A stretch of DNA of 64,000 nucleotides from Anthoceros angustus (taxonomy: Eukaryota; Plantae; Anthocerotophyta). Made by a program: the position numbers and the translations under genes. Below are positions 1 to 13,236 of this stretch, one piece after another (the first letter of the stretch is position 1; each line of letters opens with the position of its first letter). The stretch covers positions 1 to 64,000 of the forward strand of contig MU008227.1 in assembly GCA_010909165.1 (NCBI GenBank). Reading direction: 5' to 3'. The notes under the pieces are model-generated. The model was not told where the DNA came from. It saw only the letters and a program-made list of their open reading frames with translations, and ran no database searches.

Positions 1-480
1 CAGAGGGCCAAGGAGGTGAGGCTCGGGACCTCGGCACTCAGGACCTAAGGGACTGATTAGGTCCGAGAGAACCAGCGGACTCGCTCGGGCTGCGGTATGG
101 AGGTCCTTAGCGGACCGTGAGATGCCGCTCCCTAGCGGACTTTTGGGGGGCCTCACCAATGGCGGCCGTGGAAGAGACACGGCGGGTCACAGCTACCGTC
201 ATGGGCGGTATGCTCTGGTCTCTGGGACGAGAAGACCCGGAGGTGGAAGCCAGGCGCATGGTGCTCCTCCGGGCAGATGGCGGCCAGGAGGCGAGGAAGG
301 CGAAGCTCTCGGCCGCATCGAAGAAGGGAAGCGGGAGGCGAAGAAGTCCACCATCGGCGGACGGAGGTTTCTTCAGGGGTGGTAGGCGAGCCTGAGAGGC
401 ACAGGTGAGGATCTCGACCACGAAGGAGGAGGCGCGGCCCGGGGCGGAGACTGGCGACCAGGTGGCGGCTCGGCCCATGT
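1..480 (+). mobile_element. Fragment of the Gypsy family G/J accessory ORF (ORF X), middle part
   Basis: Aligns by eye with 53563-54060 and with the reverse complement of ~37600-38170 (shared gccaaggaggtgaggctc...gacctaaggg...gattaggtcc and MVLLR.DGG motifs). Confidence 0.8.
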
Positions 481-499
481 GAGGGCTGGGCCTGAGGCA

Positions 500-2546
500 G
501 CCGGCACTTTTATTCCATGCATAATAATGAGAGCATTGGTACTTTTATGTTGGGAAGTTTCGATATCTTGGCCCGACTTGCCTTTAGGCACTCCTTATCG
601 AATTTGAAGCTTGTGTCCAACTCGGCCTCCCTTCCATGACTTTCAAGCATTTGTGTCCTCTCGAATGGCCTTGAGAGGCTCATCGAGGAGTGGCCACCAA
701 CATTTCCATCTCCGAAATTGCGGCGCTCTCCTTCAAGAGGCTTCCAGTTCAACGGCACGAGCATGGTGGTGAGCGAGTTATGTTCGTTAGCAAGGCAGCG
801 TCAACGTCACCCGGCGGCGTCGTCCTCCTCCACAGAGGCGGCCCCTGCTGCGCCTTCTCGGCTCCTTCTCGTCCTTCCTTCTCCAAGCACAGTGGTTCCG
901 CAAGCTTGTACTGGGTGTGCATTCAGGCCTTTGGGAGCCGCGCAAGAAAGCCGGTGAGCCTCGGCCCTTCAAGTCGCCAATATGGCCTCGACCTCCAAGC
1001 GAGCAGGCCGACATTGCCCTCACGATGCCTTGGTAGCTTTGAATACAAGACCTCTTGGCTATTGGACTCGGTGCTTAGCACATATTCTTTGCCATCACCA
1101 TATGTTTGATTATCTCCTGCGAAGATCAACGTTTTGTTCTTCTCGTGATGACTCGACCTTGCTAACGGGCCTTTGGCCTACTCTTGAAGATGGTTACATC
1201 CTTCTTTTAAGTGATGTGCTACATGTTCCATAAATGGCGAAGAATCTTATCTCCGTCCAGGCACTTGGTGAAGGGCGGTACGAGCTAGAGTTGGCGGAGG
1301 CGTGCCTCCTCACAAGATCTGTTGCTCACAGTGGCGTGGTTGCTAGAGTCGTCCGGACCTCTATGTCTTCTCCGCCCGTGCGGTGATCACGACTTCCTCG
1401 ACCCACTCCATATGGCCGCTGCGTGGAGGAGTTCTCGCAAGGTGACTCCCTATTATGGCATTCTCGGCTTGGACATATTAATCATGATAAGCTTTTAGAG
1501 ATGTCTAGGCGGGGATTTATTTAGGGATAAGCTACCACACTTTTCACGGACTCCTCCGTTATGTGAACCTTGTATATATGCTAAACAACGTAGCTTCCCT
1601 ATCCTACTCTACACACTTGAGACTACTCATATGGAGTTGGTCCATGTTGATCTTTGTGGTCCTCCCGTCCCTTCACTTGGGCGCGCTTTATGACTATTGT
1701 TGATGACTATAGTCGCTATACCTTTGCTATTCCGCTCAAGTTGAAGAGTGATTCCTTGGCTCCTTTACTCCTTTTGTCACTATGGGTGAAGCGGTTGCAA
1801 GCTTGATTGCATTAGATCGACAATGCGGAGAATTAAATAACAAGCAATTTAAGGACTTACATCTTGAGAGGATTATCCGTCGAGTTTCGGTTCCCTATAC
1901 TTCAGCGAGAATGGGGTTCTTGAAAAGGCCAGCGGCGATCACGCCATGGCCCGCGCCATGCTAGCGCTCGACTCCCCAAACGGGCGCGGTTATCTGCGGC
2001 GTATCTCATAGCGAGGTTCTTTCAAGTCGGTTCTGGCGGACACCCTTTGAGTCCTGGCATGGATATAAGCCTCTTATTACTCATCTTGGTTTTGGTGCCC
2101 GCCTATGCTAATATTCCTTCTCGACCGCGACAAGCTTTACTCGTTCATAGTATGGTATTTGTTAGCTATGGCGAGGACCGTAAAACTTATAAAGCGGTTG
2201 ACTTGGATACCCATGCTATTATATATGCCATGCTGTCACCTTTGATGAGGCTCGGTTAGCATGCTCGTTACGAGTCCATGGATTACCGGCTCCTTGAGGC
2301 GACCGCGCTTCTTAGCCGGTGACCTTATGCACGAGTTTTGACTCGGCCCTCATTTTCCGGACTCGGTCTGACATCCGGCCTCTTCACCTCAAGCAGCACC
2401 TATACCTATTCACCTGCCGAGAGGGGAAGATGAGCAGGCCATTGTTGATCCTTATGAAAGCAGGCTTTGGTGCTCTTAATCCACAAGACCGAGACATTTC
2501 ACACTCCACCTTCTCCCGTAATACTTGATCCATTTTGGCGGTATCA
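500..2546 (+). mobile_element. Ty1/Copia element D, 5' part: degenerate gag, protease, GAG-pre-integrase and integrase
   Basis: Frameshifted motifs SWLLDS(G) ~1055, LSDVLHVP..KNLISV ~1205, LWHSRLGH ~1453, CEPCIYAK ~1561, MELVHVDLCGP ~1631, IVDDYSRY ~1695, VPYTS..NG ~1890. Confidence 0.85.
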
Positions 2547-3170
2547 TGGAGCGTAAAGTTTGGGCAACGGTCCAAAGTGGCCAAAAGACAAACAAGTTTG
2601 ATTTTTTTGGCTAGGAGCAGATTGAAAGAGCATGCTGGAAAACTTGAGAATCTTAAAGCTGGAGTTGTAAAATATTGTTAGGAAGTGAGAAGGATATCCC
2701 AAAAGAAGAGCAGGTCAAACGACCCAGACGAGCGGTGGGGCGGTCGAAGATTGGTAAGGGTGACTACCATCGTGAGCTGCCACACTCGCGGTGAGGTGAA
2801 AGAAGGAGACTACCACGGTGGTGGCGGACTACGTGGTGACAAGATCTCGGCGAGCGGAAATTAGAATAGGGGGGGAATATCTACTATATATGCTCACCGA
2901 TAGTGGAATATATAAATAGGACTAATTAGAGGGGAACATATTTAGAGGAGTGAGCAGGGCAGGCAGGTAGGTAATTTGGATAGGGTTAGGTATTTTAAAA
3001 TGATGAACCGAATCTAGGGTTGAGCGACTTCAGTGTGATCATCGAGGAGACAAAGCGCCGTTTGTAGCGGCAATTTCCTCTTCGAGTTGGGACGTCTTCA
3101 CTTCGCGAAGAATTTGGAGCGTAAACACAAGAGGAGAAGGAGAAGCCGCCATCGCCCACATCGTCGAGTC
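2547..3170 (+). mobile_element. Family A 5' terminus (TGGAGCG...), TATA-containing leader and start of ORF A
   Basis: 2547-3020 is an inverted copy of ~11926-12394. Similarity starts at the same TG in both copies, whose flanks are unrelated. TATA-like CTATATATG at ~2882. Confidence 0.7.
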
Positions 3171-3623
3171 TTTCCACATAGTCTACCCTCAAGAGAGTTC
3201 CACAGGCATTGCCACACCCAAAGCAAAGCAATTTCATAGCAACCATTCACAAGGGAGCAACTCGTTTAGGCACTTACGGCGAGCAAGTCCTCCACCAAGC
3301 ACTCAGCCACATGACTTCCTCTCTACGGACTGCGTTGGCTCACGGCCGCGAAATTCCTCTGTAATGGCAAAGGACTCGATGAGGTGGGCGCAGGCGTGAT
3401 ACTTTACTTTGTGAAATCCTCCTCCTCTTATAGGAGGCCTTCCACATACAACCTCCCTTAGGTGACCCTCTGCGGGTCACCTTTTCCAATTCTATCCTAC
3501 ACTTGACATTTAATGCACGGCACCTAAATCTATTATATGATCCTTGGTAAATTCTATTCTAGTAACTTCACCTAAGATCATCCTTAAAGGATGTCGTTAC
3601 ATCACCTATCCTTCTATTCTTCT
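3170..3623 (-). mobile_element. Family A: internal PPT, ~205-bp LTR-like block (TGTAAC...TATCA), PBS-like motif and gag-like start
   Basis: Minus strand: purine tract AGAAGAATAGAAGGATAGGTGA (3623-3602), then TGTAACGAC at 3601, CCTATAAGAGG, and ...TATCA at ~3397. This is followed by CGCCTG and a weak gag-like frame (LVEDLLAVS...CYEIAL). Confidence 0.45.
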
Positions 3624-3999
3624 AGCATTTATGGTCTTTGACCATATCTAGTCTTCTTCTTGGGGTGGGGCGTGTTGTGGATTGGCTCCCTCGCCTCCTT
3701 TGCTCTTGTCCTTCCCAGCTTTGTCATCTTCCTAATGTGTGGGCAAGTACAATCTTCCTTCCATCTCGAGGCGGCGTTCCTCTGTCCCCCAATCGCGCCC
3801 CCTCAGCGCACCTCGCCTTTTCTCCCTCCGCCGCTGGTCGCGCCGTCATCGGCACCCTACGCGGTGAGTCGCGGACTAGGGTGGTGACTACCATGGTGAT
3901 CGGCCCTTTTCTCCTTCTTCTCCATCGGTGAGGACTTGGTCAAGATCTCCATTGCTCTTTGCCTTCTTTGGTTGTCCATACCTATCATGAGCATTCTCA

Positions 4000-6950
4000 A
4001 AGTCTTCCTCATTGACCATCGGATCTCCTAATCCTTCGGGCCTTTTCATCTTGGGCTCCTCTTCCAGGCCTTCCCTTCGTGGGAGGAACTTCTCACTCCC
4101 CTTCTTCCTTGGGGTCGGACCCGTCCTTTCTCCTCGGTGGGGTTGTCTCCCCACCTCTCTTATTCCTGGGGTGTGTCTACCCCGGCTCCTTCACGGGGCC
4201 TCGCGGCTCCCCCAAGCCCAGCGCGCGCTTGCCCTACCCGGTGTGGCGGACTACCGGCGTGTGTCTACGGTGGTCTGGCGGACTAGTGGTGTGGTCACCC
4301 TCTGGTGGTGGTGACCCCGGAGGGGCTGTCCCCCTCCTTGCTCTCCGCCATCTTCCCCACAGGCGCTGGCTCTCTTCTCCACCTTCTCCTCAGTTCCTCG
4401 GAGTCCATGTCACTTGATGGCCTCATCAAAATCAGGCCTCCTGCACTTTGCAGCTCCTTGTCATCATCATGAGGACCCAATGTCCTCCTCTTGGGCCGTA
4501 GACTTCGTTGTTGGCCTTCAAAATCTATTGTGGAGGTGAGCCCCAAGCTGTAATCTGCATTTGGAGATCATCAATCTCGTGGGCCACTCTCCATCCTCTT
4601 CTACCTTGTAGGCGTCCCTTGAGGTGGTCAATTCCCACCTTGACATGGAGGTCACATTCTCCTCCCTCACTTCCATTTGGTTGGCCATTTTGCAGAAGGG
4701 CATAAGTCGCCCAAAATCTTTTCCTTACACCGGCATCACATGTGCCACCTTCTTGTGCTCCTCCTCTGGAACCTCCTTTGTTCCTTTTGGCAAGTCTCTC
4801 CCTCTCCTCACAAGCACTCTTTTTCGCTCCAACTCTTGCAGTCTTGGTCTTGAGCCTCCGCGCCTCTCTTCCAGTTATTGGGTCCGCAATTCTCTTCCAT
4901 GTCCGGATCTTGATGGCTTGGGTAGCCATCACACTCTTGGCGTCCATTTGTTGGACGCTACCTTCTCCTAGAGCCTCGTTTTGCCCTTTCTCTTGCTCTA
5001 ATTGGGCAAAATGCTCCTCATCCTGCCTCCATGAGTCCCTTTGGGTTGTTGCGAATGGCTCTCTTGATGACAACCTTCCCTCTAGGACCTTCTCCGCTCT
5101 CCGCTGGTCCACGAGTGTTGGAGCTTCTCTGACCTTCTCGGCTTGGCTGCCTTCGTCGGACTCCATGGCCTCCAATTGCCATTTGGTCCACCTTCCTCCG
5201 GCCATGTCTTGGGCTTTCACCTCTTGCATGCCCACAAGGTGCTAGCTCCTAGCCCCTTCAAATCCACATGGTGAGTGCTTCACAAGCACTCGGCCAATTC
5301 TCCTAGGGGTCCCAAATTCCACCCTGTTCTTCTTTGGAAATCTCAGCTCCTTGTCTCCGACCATCCTTGGCGGCGAGTCCCTCAGTCGCTCCATCCGCTC
5401 TTCCACCCGGTAGGGTGATGGCGGCCGCGCCTTCAGCCTCCTTCTCCTTCCCCTCCGCCGTAGGCTGCACCTGGCGTGGGTGCTGCCTACCGGTGGGCTC
5501 TCCGGTGGCGCCTACCACCTCTGGTGGTGGGCTTCCACGGTGATGCCCACCCTCTTGGGTGGGCGCCTCCCTAGGGGTAGGCTGGGTGCCTCTTCCCTAG
5601 GCACAGATGGTGGGGACTCCCCACCCTTGGGCGGTAGTCCTCCTCTCATAGACTACCATTGGCCTTCCTTGGCGGTTCTTCTCCTCTCCCTTGCTCTTGT
5701 GGAAAAGGCCCACTCGGCCTTGCCTCTCTTCTCCGCCCTTGCTCTAGCATGCTTGTGGAGTCGACCTCCCTTGTCTTCCTCAATGCAAAAGGCAAGGCCT
5801 TTCCAAGCTTTGGAGATGGATTATCTCAGAAGGATGCCATGCATCTTCCAACTCCTTGCTTGTGAGAAGCCCTTGGTTTCCCACAAATGCACCAAATAGG
5901 TGCTAAGGTAGCAGGCCTTGGCCTTCCTCATCCACGAATTTGGCTTGAGGAGCTTCTCGGTGGTGGATGTAGGCCTCATACATGATGGTGCCCCAATCGG
6001 CTTGGCTCCTCTGAAATCTTCCACAAAATTGGAGGAAGTTGGTCTTTGAAATAAGTCCTCGTTGGTAATTACCAACCCCAACACAATCTTGCAAGAGCCT
6101 CCACTTGACTCCTTGATGCTCTCATCTTCCAGCCATTCTTGGCATGGGCCTTCACTCCTCCGTCCATCATGTCGAGGACTCTTGCGGAATGTCGGAGAGG
6201 GCCCTCTTCCCTCCATTTGACCTTTAGGAGAGCAATTCAGCTCTCCTCCTCCGGTCTCCATACACTGTCGAATGCTCCGGTCCAGCAGCGGATCGTTCGA
6301 GCATTCCTTTTCGGCAGGGCTGCCTCGATTGATGGAGTTGATGAAACTCCTCAATCAACTCCAAATTGGTGTAGGCCCATTGGCGGTACACCCATCCAAT
6401 TGGATGTTATCCTCCTCGCCCATTAGAAAATCAGCAAATCGCGGGGTTAAGCTGCCCAGCAAAGCAAGTGAATTGGGGCATCTCGACCTCACCCCCTCCG
6501 GTGGCGTAGCCTCCCTTCTTCCTTCCTCCTCGAGGAAGAGCCCTTGGCAGTGCCCTTTGCCTTTCCCTTTGAGGCATGGCGCCCTTCACTTTCAAGTGCT
6601 TGGGAAGTAAGTTGCTACCCAATTGACAACCTCGGGCTCCGCTCCCAAACGCTCCTCCTCCTCACGGCAATTTTCAAGTAAACCGGTTGCATTAGGATTG
6701 GTTCCGATTCTTAGATTTCCACCAGAATTCTCCTGCGCGTTAGTTGAGATGGTCACGGCGTGCCTCCTCAAATTCCTCCTCAATTTGATAGATGTCCCAA
6801 CCTTTCTCGTTGGCCTCGGCACCCGCAGTTCGCTCCTTCTTCTCTCCTCATCGGCGAGCTCGGGGCGCGCGACTCTTGGTGGCCTCCTCATCCTTCCTTC
6901 CTCACTCTTCCCAGGTTTCCTTCCTCCTCCAGCCTAGCGCCTTAGCTCCC
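4000..6950 (-). pseudogene. ORF A copy 1: retrotransposon accessory ORF with a globular N-terminal half and a coiled-coil C-terminus, frameshifted
   Basis: ORF-track pieces 5821..6354 and 4525..5235 (KPDWGTIMYEAY, CYLSTYLVHLWET, KWQLEAMESD...EEHFAQLEQEK); colinear with 9760-11500. Confidence 0.7.
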
Positions 6951-7479
6951 TCGCTCTGCACGGGTCTTGGAGTTCTCCATTGTCGTGTCCTCATAACATA
7001 CCGTGGGAAAGAACTTCTTGGTGGGCGACCCAGGCTTGTGCCCATGAGGCGAGCCAAGCAAGCCCAGGCGAGGTTGCATAGGAGGATGGGAAGATGAGTA
7101 GAAAGTTAGAGGTGTGGAGTGTTGGCGGGCCCGAGCCTAAGGGAATGAATCCCAAATGCAAGTAAAGCGCTCCACAGGTGAGAAGAGTGGTCTTAGAGGT
7201 AGGGACGAAATTGTGGTCGGGGGTCACAGGCGCCGTGATAGGCTCCTATTCTTAAGCGGGACACACTGTGTTATGTCGTTGTAAGTCGGATTGGTGATTT
7301 TTGAAGCGATTCAAGTGGTCGTTCTTAAGAGGAGTGATGAAGCCTTGCTGGTTTAAGCGAGTTGTGTCTGGTGGCGTCGGTCGCAGGCCTTGAACTTTCA
7401 CACAAGTCTCATGGGGCCAAACCCAAGCGTCACGGCGGCATGGGATAAGTGTGGCCGCTATAGTGGGAGGACCTCGGGA

Positions 7480-9330
7480 GTGCCCCGGGTTTTCCCTACC
7501 ACATATCCTGCGCGTCATCGTCATCCGAGACACCTCTGGAATGAGATCCCCTTTGATTTATAGTTCAATCAAGCTGGCTACACCACCACTGCTGCAGGTC
7601 TTTTCCACGCCTTCAGTGTTGCCCCTTCAGAGGGAGATCCCCTCACTCTACAAGAGGCATATTCGCGACCTGATGCAGCTAAGTGGAAGTTCGCTATTGA
7701 TGATGAATATAATTCTCTTATCAAAAACAATACTTGGACTCTAGTAAACTTGCCGAAAGGCGTCCATCACAAATGCAAGTGGGTTCTCAAAACTAAATTC
7801 CGGAGGTTGAACCTCGATTCGCTATAAGGCGAGACTAGTGGCTAAGGGTTATAGTAAAGAGGGAGTGGACTATCGATAAGGTTTATTCACATGTAGTCAA
7901 GCCTGTGAGAATGCTCGGCTTTATGTGCCGAGCTTAACTGAAATTTATCACTTGATGTTTGTCTGCTTTCCTTTATGGTCATCTCGCAAGAAGAGATCTA
8001 TATGGATCAACCAAGACTATGAAGATGAGCAATACCCAAACAAGGTGTGTAAACTTATTCGTTCTATTTACGGACTAAAGCAAAGCCCACGCTTATGGTA
8101 TGAGAGAATGGACTCTTACCTCAAGAAGATAGGTTTATCCAAAGTGAAGCAGACACCAATATCTATGTACTCAAGGATGCTCCCTTGTCTGGTTGCACTA
8201 TATGTTGATGACTTAGTTATTCCCGCAACAATATTGAACTAGTTAACAAGATTAAAGTGACCTTAGTAAAGAATTCGAGATGAAGGATCTCGGCAAAGTT
8301 AAATATATTCTTGGTATGCATGTACATAGAGATACCATCGGTGCTATCTATCTCCATCAAGGAAGATATGTGGTATGTTAAAACGCTTCAATTTGGAGAA
8401 TGCACGCGGCACCACACCGGCGCCAGAGTTAAGCTTTCATCCGCTACATCCACAATCGAACAGGAAAAGAAAGAGATGGAAAATATTCCTTATCGTATGG
8501 GAGTTGGTACTCTCATGTTCTTGAGTAATCGACTGACTGATATCTCAAATCGTAAATGCTATTGCTCGCCTCGTGAGAATCCGGAAAGGATCACGGGTTG
8601 CTCTCAAGCGCATCATGCGGTACCTCAAGGGTACTCCAAATTATGGCCTGCTTCAAGCCTAGCGGAAAGAAGCATCCGCACATGCTTTGTCGATGCATTG
8701 GGCTTGACGACACAAAAAGTATCTCGATATTGCTTTCTTGGCTCCACTTGTTAATTGGTCTTGTAGAAACAAGCTGCAATATCACTTTCATCAATGTAAT
8801 CGGAGTACAAAGCACTCAAAGCCACGAAGAGGTGAATGGGAAGAAAGCTATGTGAAGATTTGGATATGAAGGGAAGGCCAATGTTGCTTAATTGTGACAA
8901 TATGTCACCATTGCTCTTGTCGCTAATCCGTCTTTCATGCGCACGAAGCATATTGAGATTCAACACCATTATATTCGTGTACGAGAGGAATTGTTAAGGT
9001 ACGATGTACCCACGACAATACATGACATATGACAAAATCCTTGCAAGTTCAAACACTGCCACGAGAAGGGCTTGGATTGGTTGATATTTTTTGAAGTGGA
9101 CTACCACACATTTGGTGAGGCGATCTTATCTCGTAACGTTCGTTACTTGAAGTTGTGCTATTGTAGACCGCTTGCTTCAATCTTACTTGACCGGTGACGA
9201 TCGGTGAGTTGAGTTTAGTTGAAGACCGTAGTACTTATACAATACTCCAGCGGCAAGTGATTATTAGTTCTTTGATTTAGATAACCCAACTTGTCTGAGA
9301 GGGAGAGTTAGAAGTACAGACCGCGTTGGT
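7480..9330 (+). mobile_element. Ty1/Copia element D, 3' part: reverse transcriptase, RNase H, PPT and truncated 3' LTR start
   Basis: EGDPLTLQEA..WK.AIDDEYNSLIKNNTW ~7630-7740, YKARLVAKGY ~7822, YGLKQSPRLWY ~8068, LYVDDL ~8198, HART.KHIEIQHHYIR ~8935; PPT GAGAGGGAGAG 9297-9307. Confidence 0.85.
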
Positions 9331-9740
9331 TAGGATTTTGAAGGCCAACAATGAGATGTTGCGTTTGGCCAAGAGGAGGACATTGGGTCCTCATGATGAT
9401 GACCGAAAGGTGCTACAACGGGTGCAGCCAGAGGCCTCCGATTTTGATGAGGCCATCAAATGGACTCAGGAATCGAGAGTCGAGATGAGGAGGGCCGTAG
9501 CGCCAAAGGTGGAAGATGGCCAAGAGAAAGGAGGGGGACAGCCCACCCTCACAGGGGTCAACCTACCATGGTGACGCCTACCACGGAACGCCGGCACCGT
9601 GGTGAGCAGCCCACACCACGCGGTGGTTGCCGACTCGAAGGTGTGAATGCTGGGCGAGCTGGGGAGTCGGGCCGGAGGCTGGGGCAAGGATGAGAACGGG
9701 GGTCCGAGGCATACCCCTCGGAGGAGCAGTTGAGGTGATT
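9326..9740 (+). mobile_element. Inverted C-terminal fragment of ORF A
   Basis: Matches the reverse complement of ~4150-4530 (LKANNE..KRRTLGPHDDD) and points opposite to the adjacent ORF A copy 2. Confidence 0.75.
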
Positions 9741-12394
9741 GCTGGACCGCTATCTTCTCCCTGCCGAGAGCCTCCGTTTTGCCCTTTCGTTCTTGCTCTA
9801 ATTGGGCAAAGTGCTCCTCCGCCTTCTGTCTCCATGAATCCCGTTGGGTTGTCGCCCGAATAGCCCTCTCTTCAGCCTGCGACACCTTCCCTTCCAGGAC
9901 TTTGCCCGCGCGCCGCTCATCCATGAGGTCGCGTTGGAGCTTCTCTACAGCCTTTTCCAGTTTGGCTGCCTTCTCATCGGACTCCATGGCCTCCAATTGC
10001 CATTTAGTCCCTGCCTTCCTCCCGACCATGTCTTGGGCTTTCATCTCCTCTTGGCACGCCCACAAGGAGGCTGCTAGTTCTCTAGCCCCCTTCAAATCCA
10101 CACGGCTGAGTGCTTCACAAGCACTCAGCAAGTCTCCTAGGGGTCCTAATTCCACCTCCTTCTTCTTGGAAATTTCCAGCTCTCCGCCTCGGGCCATGTG
10201 GCGGCCTTGGTCCCTCCTCGCTCCATCCGCTCTCCCACCCGGCGCGGAGATGGTGGCCTCGGCGCCCCGGCTCTCGCGTTCTCCTTCCCTTCCCGTGGCT
10301 GCACGCCTTCTGGCGTGGGGTGCACAGCGGTGGGCTGCTCCCCCCGCGGTGATGCCTACCTACCTATGGTGGTGACTCTGGTGAGTGCCCACAGGGTGGG
10401 CTCCTCCTCAGTGGTGGGGTGCCTCTTCCTAGGCACAAAGGATGGTGGGGACTCCCCACCCTTGGGCTGTCACCCCTCCTGTGTAGTCCTCCTCTCATAG
10501 ACCATCGGCCTCGGCGGTTCCTTCTCCTTGCTTGCTCTGTGGGGAAAAGTTCCCACTCCGGCAACCTTTGCCTCCATCTTCTCCCTCTTGCCGGCATGCT
10601 TGTGGAGGTCGACCTCCACTTTTTCCGCAATGCAAAGGCAAGGCCTTTCCAACCTCGGTGGAGATGGATGACCTCAAAGGATGCCGCATCTTCAAGCTCC
10701 TTGCTTGTGAGAAGTCCCTCTGTTTCCCATAAATGCACCAAATAGGTGCTGAGGTAGCATGGCCTGGGCCCTTCCTCATCCACTGAATTCGGCTTGAGGA
10801 GCTTCTCTCGGTGGTGGATGTACGCTTCATACATAATGGTTCCCCAATCCGGCTTGGCTCCCATGGAAATCTTCCACAAAAATTGGAGGAAGTTGGTGCT
10901 GAAATAAGAAGTGCGTTGGTAATTTACCAACCCCAGCACAATCTTTGCGAGAGCCTCCACTTGACTCCTTGATGCTCTGTCTTCCAGCCATTCTTGGCGT
11001 GGGCTTCCTCCTCCATCCATCATGTCAACTCTGCGGGAATATCGGAGGGTCCTCTTCCCTCCATTGACCTTTCGAGGAGAGCAATTCGAGCTCTCTTCTC
11101 CGGTCTCCATACACAGCCGAATGCTCCTTTGTCCGCAGCGGATCCGTTCGAGCATTCCTCTCGACAGCGGCAGGCTGCCGATTGATGGAGGTTGATGAAA
11201 CACTCCTCAATCAATTCCAAATTGGTGTAGGCCCATTGGCGGCCATACACCCATCAGTGGATGTTCTCCTCTTCCTCCTTGCACAAAATACTAAATCTCG
11301 GGGTTGAGCTGCCACAAAGCAGTGAATTGGGGCATCAAGCTCGTCCTCACTGGCCTCCCCTTCTTTTTTCTCCTCGCGAGGAGCCTTTGCGGGCTCCTTC
11401 CCTTGCCTTTTCCTCGAGGCATGGCGTGTCTTCCTTTCAAGTGTTTAAAGGAAGAATTACTTCCCAATGCCGGTGCTCCCAAACTTCTCTTCCAAACACT
11501 TCTCCCCTTGGGGTAGCAACCACACTTCACTGCTGCACGTTAGCCACAGTGAGTCTTTCGGTGCGGTCCTCCTCCGTTGTCCTTCTTCGGTAGGCCGCCC
11601 CGATTGTTAGCGCTCTTCCGCCTTCAATTCTATGACCGCACCACAGTCGTTGCTTCCTTGGCGCTCGCTCCACTTTCCTCTCCTGTGGCGTGAGCTCTCC
11701 CACTGCTCGCGGCACTCCGCGTTTTCCTTCCTCGCTCACGCCTCGCGGTTGGGTTGTCTCCTTTCGATGGCGCGCCGCCTCCTCCGGCTTGCTCGTGGCG
11801 ATGGCCTCTCTTCTCGATGATGGTCTTCCTTCCTTTTGCGTTCACGTTCCAGCGCTCGACTCTTGTTCTTGCGAAGTGGAAGCGCGCAGCGCACTTTGCC
11901 CCTTAGATGCGCCACACGGCCAACCCTAGATTGGGTTCATCATTCCAAAATCCTAATTCTATCTAAACTACCTATTTTCCTATCACGTTATCCTAATTTC
12001 TCTAATTACTCTATATATTTATTCCCCTATTGGTGAGCATATATAGTGGATATCCCCCTCTATTCTAAATTTCCTTTTTTGCGAGATTGTCAGCCTACCA
12101 CGGTAGTCGCGACTTACCGTGATGCCTTCTTCTCGACCTCGGCGTGGTGGCGACCCTCTGATGATACGACCTACCGACCTTTGGTTGCCCTCACCGCCCA
12201 AATGCGGGGTCGTTTCGACCCGTTTTTCTTCCTGGGATATCCTCTTCACCTTCCTAACAATATTTTACAACTCCAGCTTCAAGATTCTCAGAAGTTTTCC
12301 TGGCATGCTCCTCTTCAATCGTTCTTAGCCAAAAAAATTAAGTTCGTTTGCCTTTGGGCTCTTTTGGACTGGTTGCCCAAACTTTTGCGTTCCA
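9741..12394 (-). mobile_element. Family A copy 2: TG terminus, TATA leader and ORF A (frameshifted)
   Basis: Minus strand begins TGGAACGCAAAAGTTTGGGCAACC at 12394; TATA ~12041-12049; ORF pieces 10364..11203 and 9466..10197; no PBS found between the terminus and the ORF. Confidence 0.75.
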
Positions 12395-13236
12395 CAGCAG
12401 TATTCAACCTCTCCTCAGTGGGAGTCAGAAGATGGCTTGGAGTTCCTGACGTTTGTTCCGAACAGCGATATTAGCCCGGCACCTTTGATGGCGCTCCAAG
12501 CCAAGGACAAAAGAGGTGGTGTTGCGGGGATGACTGCCATTGAGGGGGTTGCTTACTTGCGGAAAGGAATGCTAAATCTACCAACATATGTCAATGTTGA
12601 AGAAGAACAATGGTGGACAATGTTCTGGAAGGATCAGGAGGAGATTGCATGTATCGTAGACAACAATATTGGTCTTGTGCTAGAAAAACCATGGAAGTGA
12701 AATGCAGCGAACGCGGACGCAATTCATCCACCTCCGATTGGAAGGGTTGTTGTTCTAGATGAAGCATTGTTGCGGGAAATTCCCCAAAGGGACATGTACT
12801 TAGGACCCCACCAGGGTGCTGATCGTCAAGGACAAGAGTGTGAAAGGATGAATGGGGATATCATGGAGATAGAAAAAGGCATGTTCATTATAACGCCTTG
12901 TGAGGGTGACATACACATGAGCTTTCGGCTCGCAAGGTTGTGGAAGTCCATTTCACACGATCCTTACTTACTTGTGCATTGGTGGAGGACCACAGGCCAC
13001 GAAGGAAGTATATGGCGGAAGTCATCCTCGAGTTGAGAACGAAGGCCGTCACCCGAAAGGAAGAGGGCAAACAACACAATCCACCTAATATCACGAAGTT
13101 ATTCGTTCGGAAAAGCAGTTATCGTTTATTATGGGTTCAAGGAAACATCTCTGTGCCGACAAGAAAGCGATCAAAGAAGATGAGTGCTCTGAGCCCACCT
13201 CAAGCCAACCCCAGATGGTGTAATGGACAGCGATGA
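12395..13236 (+). pseudogene. 5'-truncated unknown ORF with a BAH/SH3-like beta-barrel pattern; possibly the C-terminus of a DNA-transposon protein
   Basis: Joined ORF pieces 12437..12700, 12767..13036 and 12940..13236 give EKGMFIITPCEGDIHMSFRLA.VVEVHF..DPYLLVHWWR...RKYMAEVILELRTKAV. Family not recognised. Confidence 0.45.

Noticed and set aside
7230-7440. 5' LTR and PBS of family A copy 1 (TATCA|CGGCGCCTG on the minus strand)
   Set aside because: It does not align with the 3397-3601 block beyond about 10 nt, and the motif starts CGG rather than TGG.
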